The notes under the pieces are model-generated. The model saw nothing but the letters and a program-made list of their open reading frames with translations, had not been told where the DNA came from and ran no database searches. The position numbers and the translations under genes were made by a program. From Eledone cirrhosa (lineage: Eukaryota): a stretch of DNA of 64,000 nucleotides. Within the stretch, counting starts at the first letter, position 1. Every line of letters begins with the position of its first letter. The DNA is taken from assembly GCA_964016885.1 (NCBI GenBank), contig OZ024743.1, forward strand, positions 314,526,001-314,590,000. Reading direction: 5' to 3'. Shown one piece after another: positions 26,600 to 42,172 of the stretch.

Positions 26600-27945
26600 A
26601 AATCTACAAATTTATAAATTTCTGGTTGGTTGGTTGGTTCCACAACCAGATAGTTGTTTATATATAGTCATAGTCCTTTCGTCACACACTCTGTGACCTC
26701 TTCAGTGACTGGGGATTCCTTTCTTTGTTTCTGTGCCTTTCCTTTCTTCTGTCCTACGCCATTTTGTTTCTGTGTGTGTGTTGTGTGATAAGTTTGCGCA
26801 TGCGCCACATCCGGGTGTCTGTGTGTGTTTGTGTTCATTTATCTATTTGTTTATTGATTTACATGTTATTGGTTGGTTGTTTGTTCTATGTGTGTGTGTG
26901 TTTTCGTTTTGTCCTTAATTGTAAGTTGTGATGTTGCTGTTCCACTCATATTTTCTATTTAATTTTGGTTGTAATTCTTTTATGTTTATTGCCTCTGTAA
27001 TTTGTCTAAACATTGCATCTTTTCTGTGTGTAGATTCTATTTTTATTTCTATGTTCTCTAATTTACTCTTGTGTTCTATCTTAGTATGTTGGTAGAGTAC
27101 AGATGATTCTTTATTATCTTGAAGGTATCGCCAGTGTTCATTTATCCGTTCCCCTATACTACGAGCTGTCTCACCTATGTACACTATATTTTTGCTTCTA
27201 CATTGTCCTTCAGTACATCTTATGCTATACAATACATTTCTAGTTTTACAGTTAATATGGGGGCTTATTTTACAGGTTATACATTTCTTATCTATACATG
27301 GGGGTCTTTGGAAGGGGTATGTCTTGCTAATAAGTGTTTTTACGGAGGTACCTGATCTTTCTACTATCTTAATATTGAGTTTATATTTATTTAGTGCCCT
27401 TCTAAATTTGTAGGCTAGTTCGCCTCTAGGGGTTGTATCGATGAACATTACACTCTGGTATTTATTGCTATCATACCATGAGTTTATTCTATTGGCCTTG
27501 TTCCTAGTTCTTTCTATTCTATTCCAAAATTTGCTCCTATACAAGGGACAGGTCCCATTTATGTCATTATTTACCATTTTTTCCCATTTGGTTCTGGCTC
27601 CTCTATACACTCTGATTCTAACTCTCTCTGATTGTAGCCAGAGAACTGCATACGGTGGATGAAGTGTTGTATGTGTCTCTCTAGTTCTTCGGGGTTGCAC
27701 ATGCGGGACACATTTCTCATCACCCGTACCAAATCCGCAATCAGTATGCTGATTTCGGGTAAGCTTAAGTAGAAGTCCCAGCTCACTGGTATCAATCCCA
27801 CGGAACTCAACCTTGCTCTCGCTGATCATTTCTACGCATTTCTCCACAGCAAAATCCACGTCAATAGATGGATACAGGGACACAACATCCATACTGCCTA
27901 TTATGCAGTTTGTTAGGTCCCCAGATCGGTTACCCACGCCGATTC
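26600..27945 (-). mobile_element. Internally deleted PLE (likely Nematis-like) with pLTR
   Basis: GSMDVVSLYPSID (RT motif A), PLYRSKFW, FIDTTPRGEL, CIDKKCITC, NVLYSIRC...YIGETARSIGERINEH (GIY-YIG). YxDD region missing. Confidence 0.85.
26666..26710 (-). ncRNA. Minimal hammerhead ribozyme in PLE pLTR
   Basis: Minus strand: agtca-CTGAAGA-g-gtcaca-gagtg-tgtgac-GAAAGGACTA-tgact. Confidence 0.85.
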
Positions 27946-28151
27946 TGCTGAGGAGTCCTCTGTGCTGTCACATACATCTGGGGACATCTCAATGATGGGG
28001 CGTATGATCAGGGAGAGGAAGTAGGACAGTCTGTAGTTACTAGCAATGTTAGCTCCACAGACTGGCCGTGTTGGTGGTCCCGCGACAGGGCCACAGCCCG
28101 TTTTATGGTCTTTTCTTTTAACTACAGACTGTCCTACTTCCTGTTATTTTA

Positions 28152-28188
<37 letters not shown>

Positions 28189-28202
28189 TATATATATATT
28201 TA

Positions 28203-28238
<36 letters not shown>

Positions 28239-28252
28239 TATATATATATTTA

Positions 28253-28318
<66 letters not shown>

Positions 28319-28356
28319 TATATAAGCATATATATATATGCATATATATATATGCA

Positions 28357-28387
<31 letters not shown>

Positions 28388-28402
28388 GTATATATATATA
28401 TT

Positions 28403-28463
<61 letters not shown>

Positions 28464-28515
28464 TTTTATATATACATATATATATATACATATATATATA
28501 TATTTATATATATAC

Positions 28516-28608
<93 letters not shown>

Positions 28609-28635
28609 CACACATATATATATATATACATATAT

Positions 28636-28753
28636 TAATAATAATAAATATGAAGACTAAAATCCAAAGAGGGCTCGATAAGGTTAGTTTCAGAAGATCC
28701 CGTTAAGGGTGAAAGCAGCGATTCTTTGCTTAAACTTTAATCTGTTATTTTAA

Positions 28754-28760
<7 letters not shown>
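28636..28760 (+). mobile_element. ~125-bp mini-PLE: 5' leader joined directly to HHR and terminus
   Basis: Leader gaagactaaaatccaaagagggctcgataagg also occurs at 42187; HHR 28686-28736 is identical to 3610-3660; (TA)n flanks. Confidence 0.75.
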
Positions 28761-28784
<24 letters not shown>

Positions 28785-28922
28785 TTATATAGATAAATCT
28801 ACCAAGAGTTTACGGTAGTGTCTAATCCGTATGAAGAACTCAATGTAATCCGGATATCATGGAAAGAAGAGATGCATTCAAAAATCACCTCCGGTGAAAG
28901 ATAAACGGAATACAGAGTCAAG

Positions 28923-29249
28923 ATAAAATATAAAAAAAATAATGAATAAAACAATGAAACAGTTCCTTATATTAAACAAAAAAAGTTCATTATTTAACGA
29001 TCGTTTCTAGGACATATATGTGTTAGAATTTGTATGCATATTCAACAAGACGGCATATGTATGTGTTGGTATGTATATTATATTTGATAATTCGTATAAT
29101 TTTGTATAATTTTGTACATAGATCTGTTGAATATGCATACCAATTCTAACAGATATATGTCCTAGAAACGATCGTTAAATAATGAACTTTTTTTGTTTAA
29201 TATAAGGAACTGTTTCATTGTTTTATTCATTATTTTTTTAGTATTTTAT
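28923..29249. repeat. ~125-bp inverted repeat with ~75-bp spacer
   Basis: 28923-29047 is the near reverse complement of 29123-29249; contains GAAACGATCGTTA (HHR stem III-like). Confidence 0.85.
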
Positions 29250-29493
<244 letters not shown>

Positions 29494-29538
29494 CGTAAAA
29501 TAAGAAAATCATAAAATTAACTTACTTACTAAAATATC

Positions 29539-29620
29539 ACTTCCAACTAATTAGTTTCTGGAATGGAATAAATATATTTTCCGAAGAAGATACAGAGAAT
29601 CATTCCGTCGTCAGAGAAGT
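29539..29620 (-). ncRNA. Hammerhead ribozyme
   Basis: Minus strand: acttct-CTGACGA-c-ggaatg...cattcc-a-GAAACTAATTAGTT-ggaagt; palindromic stem III; cut after GUU. Confidence 0.8.
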
Positions 29621-29936
29621 CTATTATCATCTAAGTATCCAGGCAAAGCGTGGACACTGGAAACTTATTAAAAAATAATTCAATGGATAGAAAATAGCAA
29701 AGCGTGGACTGAATTCCTAGCCATTGAGAAAATCACTGCCTCTGCGTCGGTGGCAAATTCAAAAAGAATCAATCACGTGACATCGAGGTCAATCAGTGGA
29801 AAGTGGTTTGCTAATAAGACAGCGGCCTGCCTGCTACCATAGCAGCAGTCATGGCCAATATTGCTCGACAAATAATTTGGAGATAATTATAAAGAATTAA
29901 TATCTAGTAACATATATATACATACAGATGCATATA

Positions 29937-30006
<70 letters not shown>

Positions 30007-30021
30007 TGTATATATATAAAT

Positions 30022-30058
<37 letters not shown>

Positions 30059-30061
30059 AAT

Positions 30062-30100
<39 letters not shown>

Positions 30101-30115
30101 AATATATATATATAA

Positions 30116-30152
<37 letters not shown>

Positions 30153-30191
30153 AATATATAAATATATATATATAAATATATATATATAAAT

Positions 30192-30296
<105 letters not shown>

Positions 30297-30514
30297 TAAT
30301 ATAAGATCAAAAGATGGTTAAAGGAGTTCAATATATTTTATTATGCGCATTTCAAAAACAAACATCATCAAACAATAATATTTGTGTTTTCATCAGATAA
30401 AACAGGAGAACATGATATGAAGGCTAAAAAAACACTTGTTGATAGTGCAGTTTTAAATCAACATATCCGATATCTGCATTGCTTTATTGTACTACAATAA
30501 AACTCACCTCCTAC

Positions 30515-30556
<42 letters not shown>

Positions 30557-30559
<3 letters not shown>

Positions 30560-30736
30560 GGAACCAGTAAGACCCCGACAGCTGAGCTCAAGCCGTTTCG
30601 ACGGCTTAGCCGTCGAAACGGCTTGAGCTCAGCTGTCGGGGTCTTACTGGTTCCTATTACCCACTCTACTACCTCAAGTATTGAGTACTTTGGTGCGTTA
30701 TGGTCCACCTGGTTCCTTACCACATTTCCTTCGTTA
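30557..30736. mobile_element. Fold-back pLTR fragment with HHR 3' halves (same family as 20729-20921)
   Basis: Palindrome 30557-30657 centred at 30607, plus an ~80-nt extension. Confidence 0.8.
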
Positions 30737-30747
30737 TATATATATAT

Positions 30748-30828
<81 letters not shown>

Positions 30829-30845
30829 TATATATATATATACAC

Positions 30846-30878
<33 letters not shown>

Positions 30879-30907
30879 TATATATATATATACACATATA
30901 TATATAT

Positions 30908-33799
<2,892 letters not shown>

Positions 33800-33800
<1 letters not shown>

Positions 33801-33842
33801 TTATATATATATACATATATATATATATACATATATATATCC

Positions 33843-33891
<49 letters not shown>

Positions 33892-33954
33892 CGCATATAT
33901 ATATATATATATACGCATATATATATACACACACACATATATATATATATACGC

Positions 33955-33985
<31 letters not shown>

Positions 33986-34415
33986 TATACATATTTATAC
34001 ATATATATTATATATATATATATACATATATATTCATATTTATTATATATATATATATATATACATATTTATACATATATATATATATATATATAAATAT
34101 ATACATATTTATACATATATATTATATATATATATATACATATATATTCATATTTATTATATATATATATATATATACATATTTATACATATATATTATA
34201 TATATATATATATATATACATATATATTCATATTTATTATATATATATATATATATACATATTTATACATATATATTATATATATATATATATATACATA
34301 TATATTCATATATATTACATATATATATATATATACATATTTATACATATATATTATATATATATACATATATATTCATATATATTATATATATATATAT
34401 ATACATCTATATACA

Positions 34416-34501
<86 letters not shown>

Positions 34502-34522
34502 TATACATATTTATATATTATA

Positions 34523-34572
<50 letters not shown>

Positions 34573-34643
34573 TATATACATATTTATATATATATAATAT
34601 ATATATAAATATATATACATATTTATATATATATAATATATAT

Positions 34644-34697
<54 letters not shown>

Positions 34698-34720
34698 ATA
34701 TATATATATATATATATATA
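33800..34720. repeat. Compound (TA)n microsatellite
   Basis: Directly visible; similar tracts at 28155-28635, 29252-29488, 29935-30295, 30735-31115 and 52100-52335. Confidence 0.97.
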
Positions 34721-34821
34721 ATTCCTGAAAACTGTAGAGTGCTCAACTAGTCGGGCTGGAAAGTGCCAATCGTATATGTAATATAGAATATGCTGCGATC
34801 AATCCCGGTTGGAGCTGTATA

Positions 34822-34950
34822 AATGAAGTAATTCCATCGGAAAAGTCCAGGAAAAAAGAGTGCTCTATGTATGCAACAGAGCTATTTAAGCTCTGTTGCA
34901 TACATAGAGCACTCTTTCTTCCTGGACTTTTCCGATGGAATTACTTTATT
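34822..34950. repeat. ~62-bp-arm fold-back palindrome
   Basis: aatgaagtaattcc...cagagct / agctctg...ggaattactttatt with a 5-nt loop. Confidence 0.9.
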
Positions 34951-35189
34951 CACACACATATATATATATATGTACAAAATCACACACAGCTCACAGAGAT
35001 GCACTGGCGATCTCCTTTCTATAACTTTAACATTTAGAAATAAAACACAAAAAAGCATTACAGTCAGAGTGCACACATATATACGTGTTTTATGGTACAG
35101 GGTAGGGCATTCTTTCGGAAGAAAATTATTGTAAGTACATAATCAATCTTCTTTTATTGTAATGTACATAATCAATCTTCTTTTATTAT

Positions 35190-35365
35190 GAGGTGGTGAA
35201 TTGGCAGTGTCGGTAGAGGGTCGGACATGCTGTCCAGCATAGTTACGTCCCTTTACGATCTGAGTTCTAATCCCGCCGAGGTTAACTTTGCCTTAAATTT
35301 GAACTTAAAGCGAAGCGAGCCGGGACAAATACCGCGGCATTTAACAATTCTGCCGAATCAGTGTC
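35190..35365 (+). mobile_element. tRNA-derived SINE 5' part followed by an oppositely oriented SINE fragment
   Basis: A box tggcagtgtcgg, B box gagttctaatcc, then reverse-strand tttgaact...ttctgcc. Confidence 0.65.
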
Positions 35366-37459
35366 TTTTGTATCATTAGTTGAATGTAAAATCAAACCAG
35401 TTGGCAGAAAGTGCAGAATTTACCAATAATATCGCAACACAGTTAACTAGACCAAAATGAGTTATATATTTACAGAAGATAGATTAAGGTATAATGATAC
35501 TTCTGCCATTTTCAACATAATTCACGGTTTACGTTAATTACGTTAATTTAAAGGGATTCCAGCTGTGATAGAAATCAAGTTGATGTGTCTGTTTAATGGC
35601 ATTGTACCTCTTGATTTATGAGGAAGTGAGAGAATATTTAAAACGACGGAATTTATTGATCCTGGTGTCTGAAATCTGGCTAGTTTGGAGGTTTTTAGTC
35701 ATTCTTCTCTGCTCTTGTGGAGAATATAACCACATCTCCTCTTAGAACATTGATATATGTTTATTAAGACAAAACCTAGTTTATATTTAGATAGAAGGAA
35801 ATACGTTACTGAGACCTTCCTGCACTTTGAAAGGTATTATGCATTATCTGTTGGATGTTGACAGCCGTCAACCAAAGCATTTCGCGTGCCTTAAATCTCT
35901 CAATACTTTTATTGATAGAAAGTAGACATTCGATTGGGCGATAAGATGGTACGGTTAATATGGTGTCAGATGGAATTTTCGCGTTATTCATTCTGTCTCA
36001 TTGTGGTCTGAGTTCAAATCCCTCCCAAAACAAAATTTGCTTTTTAGCGTTTTGGAGTCAATAAATAGTGTTCTAGTCCAGTATTATGGCTAACCCTTTT
36101 TCCCCTTCCATCTCTCGCCACCTGTTCTCTCTCCATCTCTGGGAGAAATCAGATTGGTCCTGCCAAATTTAAAATACCCCGAAAACGCCATGTATCAATA
36201 CGTTTCCAACGACACTATTAGAAATCAATAGGGATCAATAATCAATGAGCATCTTTTCGGATAGGTTAGATTTTGTGTTCCAATTTTGCGTGGGGATTCA
36301 AATTATAACGTGAAGGGCTAATCACCCGGTCGTGAGTCATAGCTAATTATGGAAGTTACAATGGACAAAGGAAATTTGGTGCCGTTAGCTGCTGCAATCG
36401 AACAATGGTGTGAGGAAACGAGATGCAACATCAATTTAATTGAATATATAACATGACTAGCAGATATTTATTTACGTTTGGGGAAATAAGATGAGAAAAT
36501 AAGATTTGAATTTACTAATAGAAAGAAAGAAGTTGAAAATTATCTGAGCTATTTAATACTTTTCATGTTTTTACCAATTCATGGCAACACAATACATTGA
36601 GAATCATGGCGTCGATTATAAAACTAATTTTTAACTAATTAAACGTTTTACATTGTACTATGTACTGGAATCAGAATCATTGTTCAAGTATTCGATTATA
36701 AAAATATATAGTAGTGATGACGAAACTTATCAATACAATTAGATATCGATTTGATTTCCAATTATACATTAAAAAAATATTGTTGTTTGAAGTTCATTTC
36801 AAAATAGCTTTAAGTGAAAGTAATAATGTAACAAATGCAATAAACACAAATACAGAAATAAATTCGAACTACAACATTATGACATCAATAAGAAAGATAA
36901 TCCTATTGAATTTCGAAATCGATGATTTGATGTCCTTTAATTGAAAGGGAATATGTCCAAAGATTTATGATAAAAGGGAAACGTTTGTCACACATTTACA
37001 ATATACTTTGGTATATGTATGTGTGTGTCTGTGTGTGATTGTGTGTGTGTCTGGGGGGGGGGGTACATTACACCAACTCAGCACAAACCACAACAACTTT
37101 TAGTATCTTCCAGGTCAAATAATAATATCTTTATTTATGTATATTCTCGTTTTATAATTGTATAAATTTTTACCAATAGAGAGAGAGAGAGTCGGCTTCT
37201 AACATAGATACAACACTCTCACATTGCAATTTAAACAACATCAACTAGGTAGATAGGTATGCATGTCTGCATGTATGTATTTATGTATGTGTGTGTGTAT
37301 GTATGTATTTATGCATGTATAGATGCATGTATTTGTGAACGTAAGTGTGTATGCATGAGTTTGTAGTATATATGCGTATGTTTGTGTGTGTATATATGTA
37401 GTCCAAACAATAACAGCATGAAGAATCAGAAAGAGAAGCCATAATCTGTGCTGGTCAAA

Positions 37460-38050
37460 AACAAGCATAAATAACTAACTACATCAAGAATAGAGTAGAA
37501 CACACAACAGAGACTGATAAGTGTAGAATTTGTGGCATAAATGGAGAAACTCTATGGCATTTTACCAGTCAAATTACAAAACTAAGAATAAGAGACCTCA
37601 CGCCAACATAGCAACGATAGTCCATTGGGTACTTTGTGGCAAATATGCACTTGACAGAGCAGAAAATTGGCACAAACATATACCTAAGTGTGGTATCGAA
37701 AATGATGTGGCAAGGAGACCGTGGGACTTTGTGATACAGTGTGAACATGAGCTTGAGCATAGAAGACCAGATATTGTATTAATTCAGATGGAAAGCAAAC
37801 AGTGTTGGATCATTGATATAGCCAGTCCAGCTGATAACGAAGTATGCGATAAAGAAACAAAATGATAAATATGACAGGTTAGCATCGGAGTTGCTGTGTC
37901 TAAAAAAGGTTGCGATTATACCAATATTAGTTGGAGTCTTGAGAAGTACATTAAACAAATAGGGATTGCAATACAAGTGAAACACTTAAAAAAACAGCAT
38001 TGCTTGGTACAGCTTAAATATAACAGAGGGTACGACAAATATAAGGGGGT
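37460..38050 (+). mobile_element. R4/Dong-type non-LTR retrotransposon 3' fragment
   Basis: CRIC zinc knuckle, VHWVLC, WDFVIQCEHELEHRRPDIV...IIDIASP (restriction-like endonuclease). Confidence 0.85.
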
Positions 38051-38119
38051 GTTACACGAGTTCACTGTAAAACATCTCCAGCGTTACAAGTTCAGCGAAG
38101 AAACAATAATAACAATAAA

Positions 38120-38945
38120 AACCTGAATGAAAAGGCCCTACATAGCATTCAGAAGGAAACAGAATTAAGAGATCAGCAGACATGGAACTGGTTATAGAAA
38201 AGGGACCTTAAGAAAGTCACAAAGGGACTGCTACTGGCTGCACAAGAGCAGACCTTTAGTACGAAATGGATGAGACACTATATTGATAAATAGGGGGCTA
38301 GACCATTCTGTAATATCTTTTGTGACAGAGAGGAAACTATGGCCCACATCGTATCCAAGTGTAAACATCTAGCTCAGACTCAATATAAAGGATGGAGGCA
38401 TGATATCATAAGAAAGGTGGGTCACTGGTATTTATGAAAACTGAAGGAATTACATCAATCTGAGAAATGGTATGAGCGTAAGCTAGAGTTGGTGATAGAA
38501 TACGACCGAGTGAAGTTGCTGTGGGATTTCAGTACACTAGTGGATAAAGAAATAGAACACAATAGGCCTGATCGGGTGATGTTTGACAAGGGAAAAAGTT
38601 CTTGCTTGATTATAGATGTAGCTGCCCCTTTGACACACGTTTGCAGGAAATTGAGAAGGTTGGAACTGAGAAGGATTTGGAACTGTCATGAGATCAAGGT
38701 GGTCCCCATCCTCCATGGAGCACTAGGTACTATGTCGAAGAGTTTCCAAGGCTGGTTAAAAATATTAGCCCTGCCCCTTTTTTGGAACACTCCAGAAGGC
38801 ATGCCTACTGGGAACAGCAAGGACCATCCGATATGTCCTGAATATCTGAGGCTACAGGTAGCGAATTGATGTTCATTAGGGCACATTTTCCGGTTAAATA
38901 ACAATAATGAACGTGATATCAAAGAAATAATAACAATAATAATAT
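38120..38945 (+). mobile_element. Second R4/Dong-type 3' fragment
   Basis: LAAQEQ, ETMAHIVSKC, RHD, LLWDF...HNRPD...IIDVA, VVPILHGALG; (TAA)-like tail. Confidence 0.85.
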
Positions 38946-40614
38946 ATCATACATTGTATCGATTACGCCCTTATATGATTTAATACCATACTATTCTAAG
39001 TAAGATTTTAAACAGCGAAACGATATACTTATTACTATGTAAATCTGGTGTTTTTATTTTGAGGCTTATCAATGTATGCGGTGAGAATCTGTGCCACGAA
39101 TCAGCCTGCCGCAAAATGTGACAAACAAGAATGGATCTTCGATTCACAAAGACAATTTTTCCGAAGGGGTTTCACACAGTTTGCACCTTCAAAATTTCAA
39201 AGACAAGATCGACTTGCGGCTTTGGTGAAGACACTTGCACAAAACACCAGGGCCTCACATGCCAGGAAATATAACAACGTTGTCAGTGCATATCAATGCG
39301 GAATGTAAATATTAGCTACTGTGACAGGGTATTGTAGAGAACCGGATGGAAAATAAAAACAAAGCTTTAGTAGAAGATATATATTAACATCTCAGAAGAA
39401 ACGTTATTAACGAGGCGATAAGATACACATAAACAGCTATATTGAGATATATAATTTGCAAAGGTTCTTAAAAGATGAAATATGAAACATAAAATGGCAT
39501 AACAAAATACGTGACCAGTATCAGTATATCGTATATATCATGAAAAAAAGAGACAATGACTACCAATTATACCATAATCAGAACACCTGTAAATTATAGT
39601 CCTACAGTTCACGCGTTACGAAGCGTGGATTTTTGTATATTAACCTCCCAAAATCGATAATGTATGCGTGTAAACAGAATGATTAAAAAGAAAATAACAG
39701 AAAATCTGTTTAGAATCGAAAAGGTAAAGAATAATTAGGGATAAGCAGTTTGTCCAGAAAATGGAATACGTTTTAGGGCAGTTGATTGGGTGAGAGGGAG
39801 AGAAATAGATAGGTGATATAAAATTGGTATAAAATTGATTCACGGTACATATGTAACGGAAATCATCAATTAGACCTATTTTTGCTTAATATGTGTTAAG
39901 AAAACTGATTGGGATGTATAGAAGTGAAATGGAACTCCGTCGGTTTCGACAAAATCATCCACAATAACACTTTTGTAAAAAGCAATCTAGATTCGAAACC
40001 AAAAGAAATAGTTCCGATATTGCTTGGATTTCTGTCTGTTATGATAATAACTGATATATGGAGTTGCGCTCTTAATAGCATGCACAAAATGAATCAGTGA
40101 CAGAACACGTGCAAAGATTGAATTTATCAGTTATAGGTTCATTCCATCCGACAATCTTCCTGAGATTGTTCTTCTCTTCAATTTCATTCACAATTTTTGG
40201 GTCGACCACAGGCTATGCGGCAGGTCACTTGAAGTGACCTGCCGCATAGCCTGAAGTAGAAACAAACCCAGTGCCTCACGATTGTAAAGCGACATTTTAA
40301 TCAGTAAGCTATGCATTTATCCTTTGGTATATGTACAGAAAGCTGAAGAGGTTATCAGCAAAATCACAGAGAGATGAAAACAAATATACCTGCTGTATAT
40401 TTATATAGATCATTACAATCTATCTATTCTTTCAGACAAAGTGAAATAGATCTGAAAATATTGAAGAGCATAACACAATAAGAAGACAGGGGGATGGAAA
40501 TATGCAAAATATGATTATTGAAAACACAAGCAATTTCCATAATAATTGTTACATAAAATTTTACATGTAAATGGTGTTTAAACATATTAAAAAACGTGTG
40601 TGAATCGACGCGAT

Positions 40615-40818
40615 AATAAAGGTTTCTAACTTTGGCACAATACCAACAATATGGTGAGGTCGTGCGGTATAAATCGACCCCTGTGCTAGCATAGCACTTT
40701 CATTTTAACAAAATCCGAAGAATGACAGACAAAGTTGACATCGGTAGGATTTGGATTCAGAATGTAAAGTGTCAGAAGAAATATCATACAACGTTCTAAC
40801 GATTATATCAGTCCCGCA
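40615..40818 (-). mobile_element. Degenerate tRNA-derived SINE
   Basis: Tail gtttctaactttggcacaa and body caaagttgacatcggtaggatttg match the SINE family. Confidence 0.6.
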
Positions 40819-41100
40819 CGATTGTAATAATCTAATTTCTATGTCTATAGTAGATTACATTTGTCTACGTTGCTCAGTCAAACAGCATTCTAATGTTTAA
40901 AAAAGGAAATCTGTTACCATACCTATCCGTATCCATATAGAGTAACGATGTGGATGTATGGAGGGAATATAGAGGATATATTCGTAAAATAGAAAACAAC
41001 AAATATTAATAGATGATTAATGAAAATAGATGATTAAGAAAGCTACAGATTTCGCCCTGATAGATTCGATGATAAATATAAGTATCATCAAACGTATGCA

Positions 41101-41155
<55 letters not shown>

Positions 41156-41874
41156 TTAAGTATACTATTTATGGTTATGCAAATACAAAAACCTTTTGTG
41201 TCGATTCTCGCAACGTAACAACCTGCGGTGTTGAGCTAAAGAACATCAGACTTCGATTCTCTAACAGCATTGTCAAACGCCCAATATCGAATCGTCGTGG
41301 AGTATGTGAGGGGCATATAATCTGAAAAATACGCTCCCCGGACTATGAAAATGTCGCAGTGCATGACATCCATATCATCGCTTCGCTACGCATTTCCAAT
41401 ATTTTTAATGATTACATTATTTTTAATGCTTATAATATTTCTCCACGCACAGACTATAACAATCATATAAAGAACTCATTACCAGATCAAACCCCTTAAC
41501 ACTCTTGATTACCTGATTAAGTGCTTCTATTACACGTAACTCTCTGCCACACTATATAAACATGACGCACGTGCTTTTCACACGTATAACTATTGCACTC
41601 TATAACCGCTTAATTTCATGTTGTATTTTAACCTGTATTTTTGATTGTATCTTTTAATATGAATGTAATCTCTAAATATGTACTGCCACACTAAATGCTG
41701 TAAGGAATGTTGACCCACAATATTTGCATATGTATCTGTATGTCTCTTGGGTGAAAAGGAGGTCATATAAGTGTTCATTCAATAATAAATTGCTCCGAAG
41801 AAACCAAACCTCGGTTTGGAGGAAACAGTTGTAAGCATAAAAATGTTTTGAACAGTTCTTTGATTCTTATAATT

Positions 41875-41963
<89 letters not shown>

Positions 41964-42067
41964 TGGGAGAGAATACAATAGGAATTGACCCTAGTATCGG
42001 ACTGGTACTAACATCCCTGAAAGGACTACGGCGGGTTTTGTAATCAGAGTGGATGGTTAAATCAGAG

Positions 42068-42120
<53 letters not shown>

Positions 42121-42125
42121 TTACA

Positions 42126-42169
<44 letters not shown>

Positions 42170-42172
<3 letters not shown>

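Noticed and set aside
28826-28910. tccgt-ATGAAGA...GAAAGATAA-acgga HHR-like motif
   Set aside because: C3 is absent and stem III is not formed; too degenerate to call.
39072-39308. 78-aa ORF
   Set aside because: No recognisable motif or splice context.
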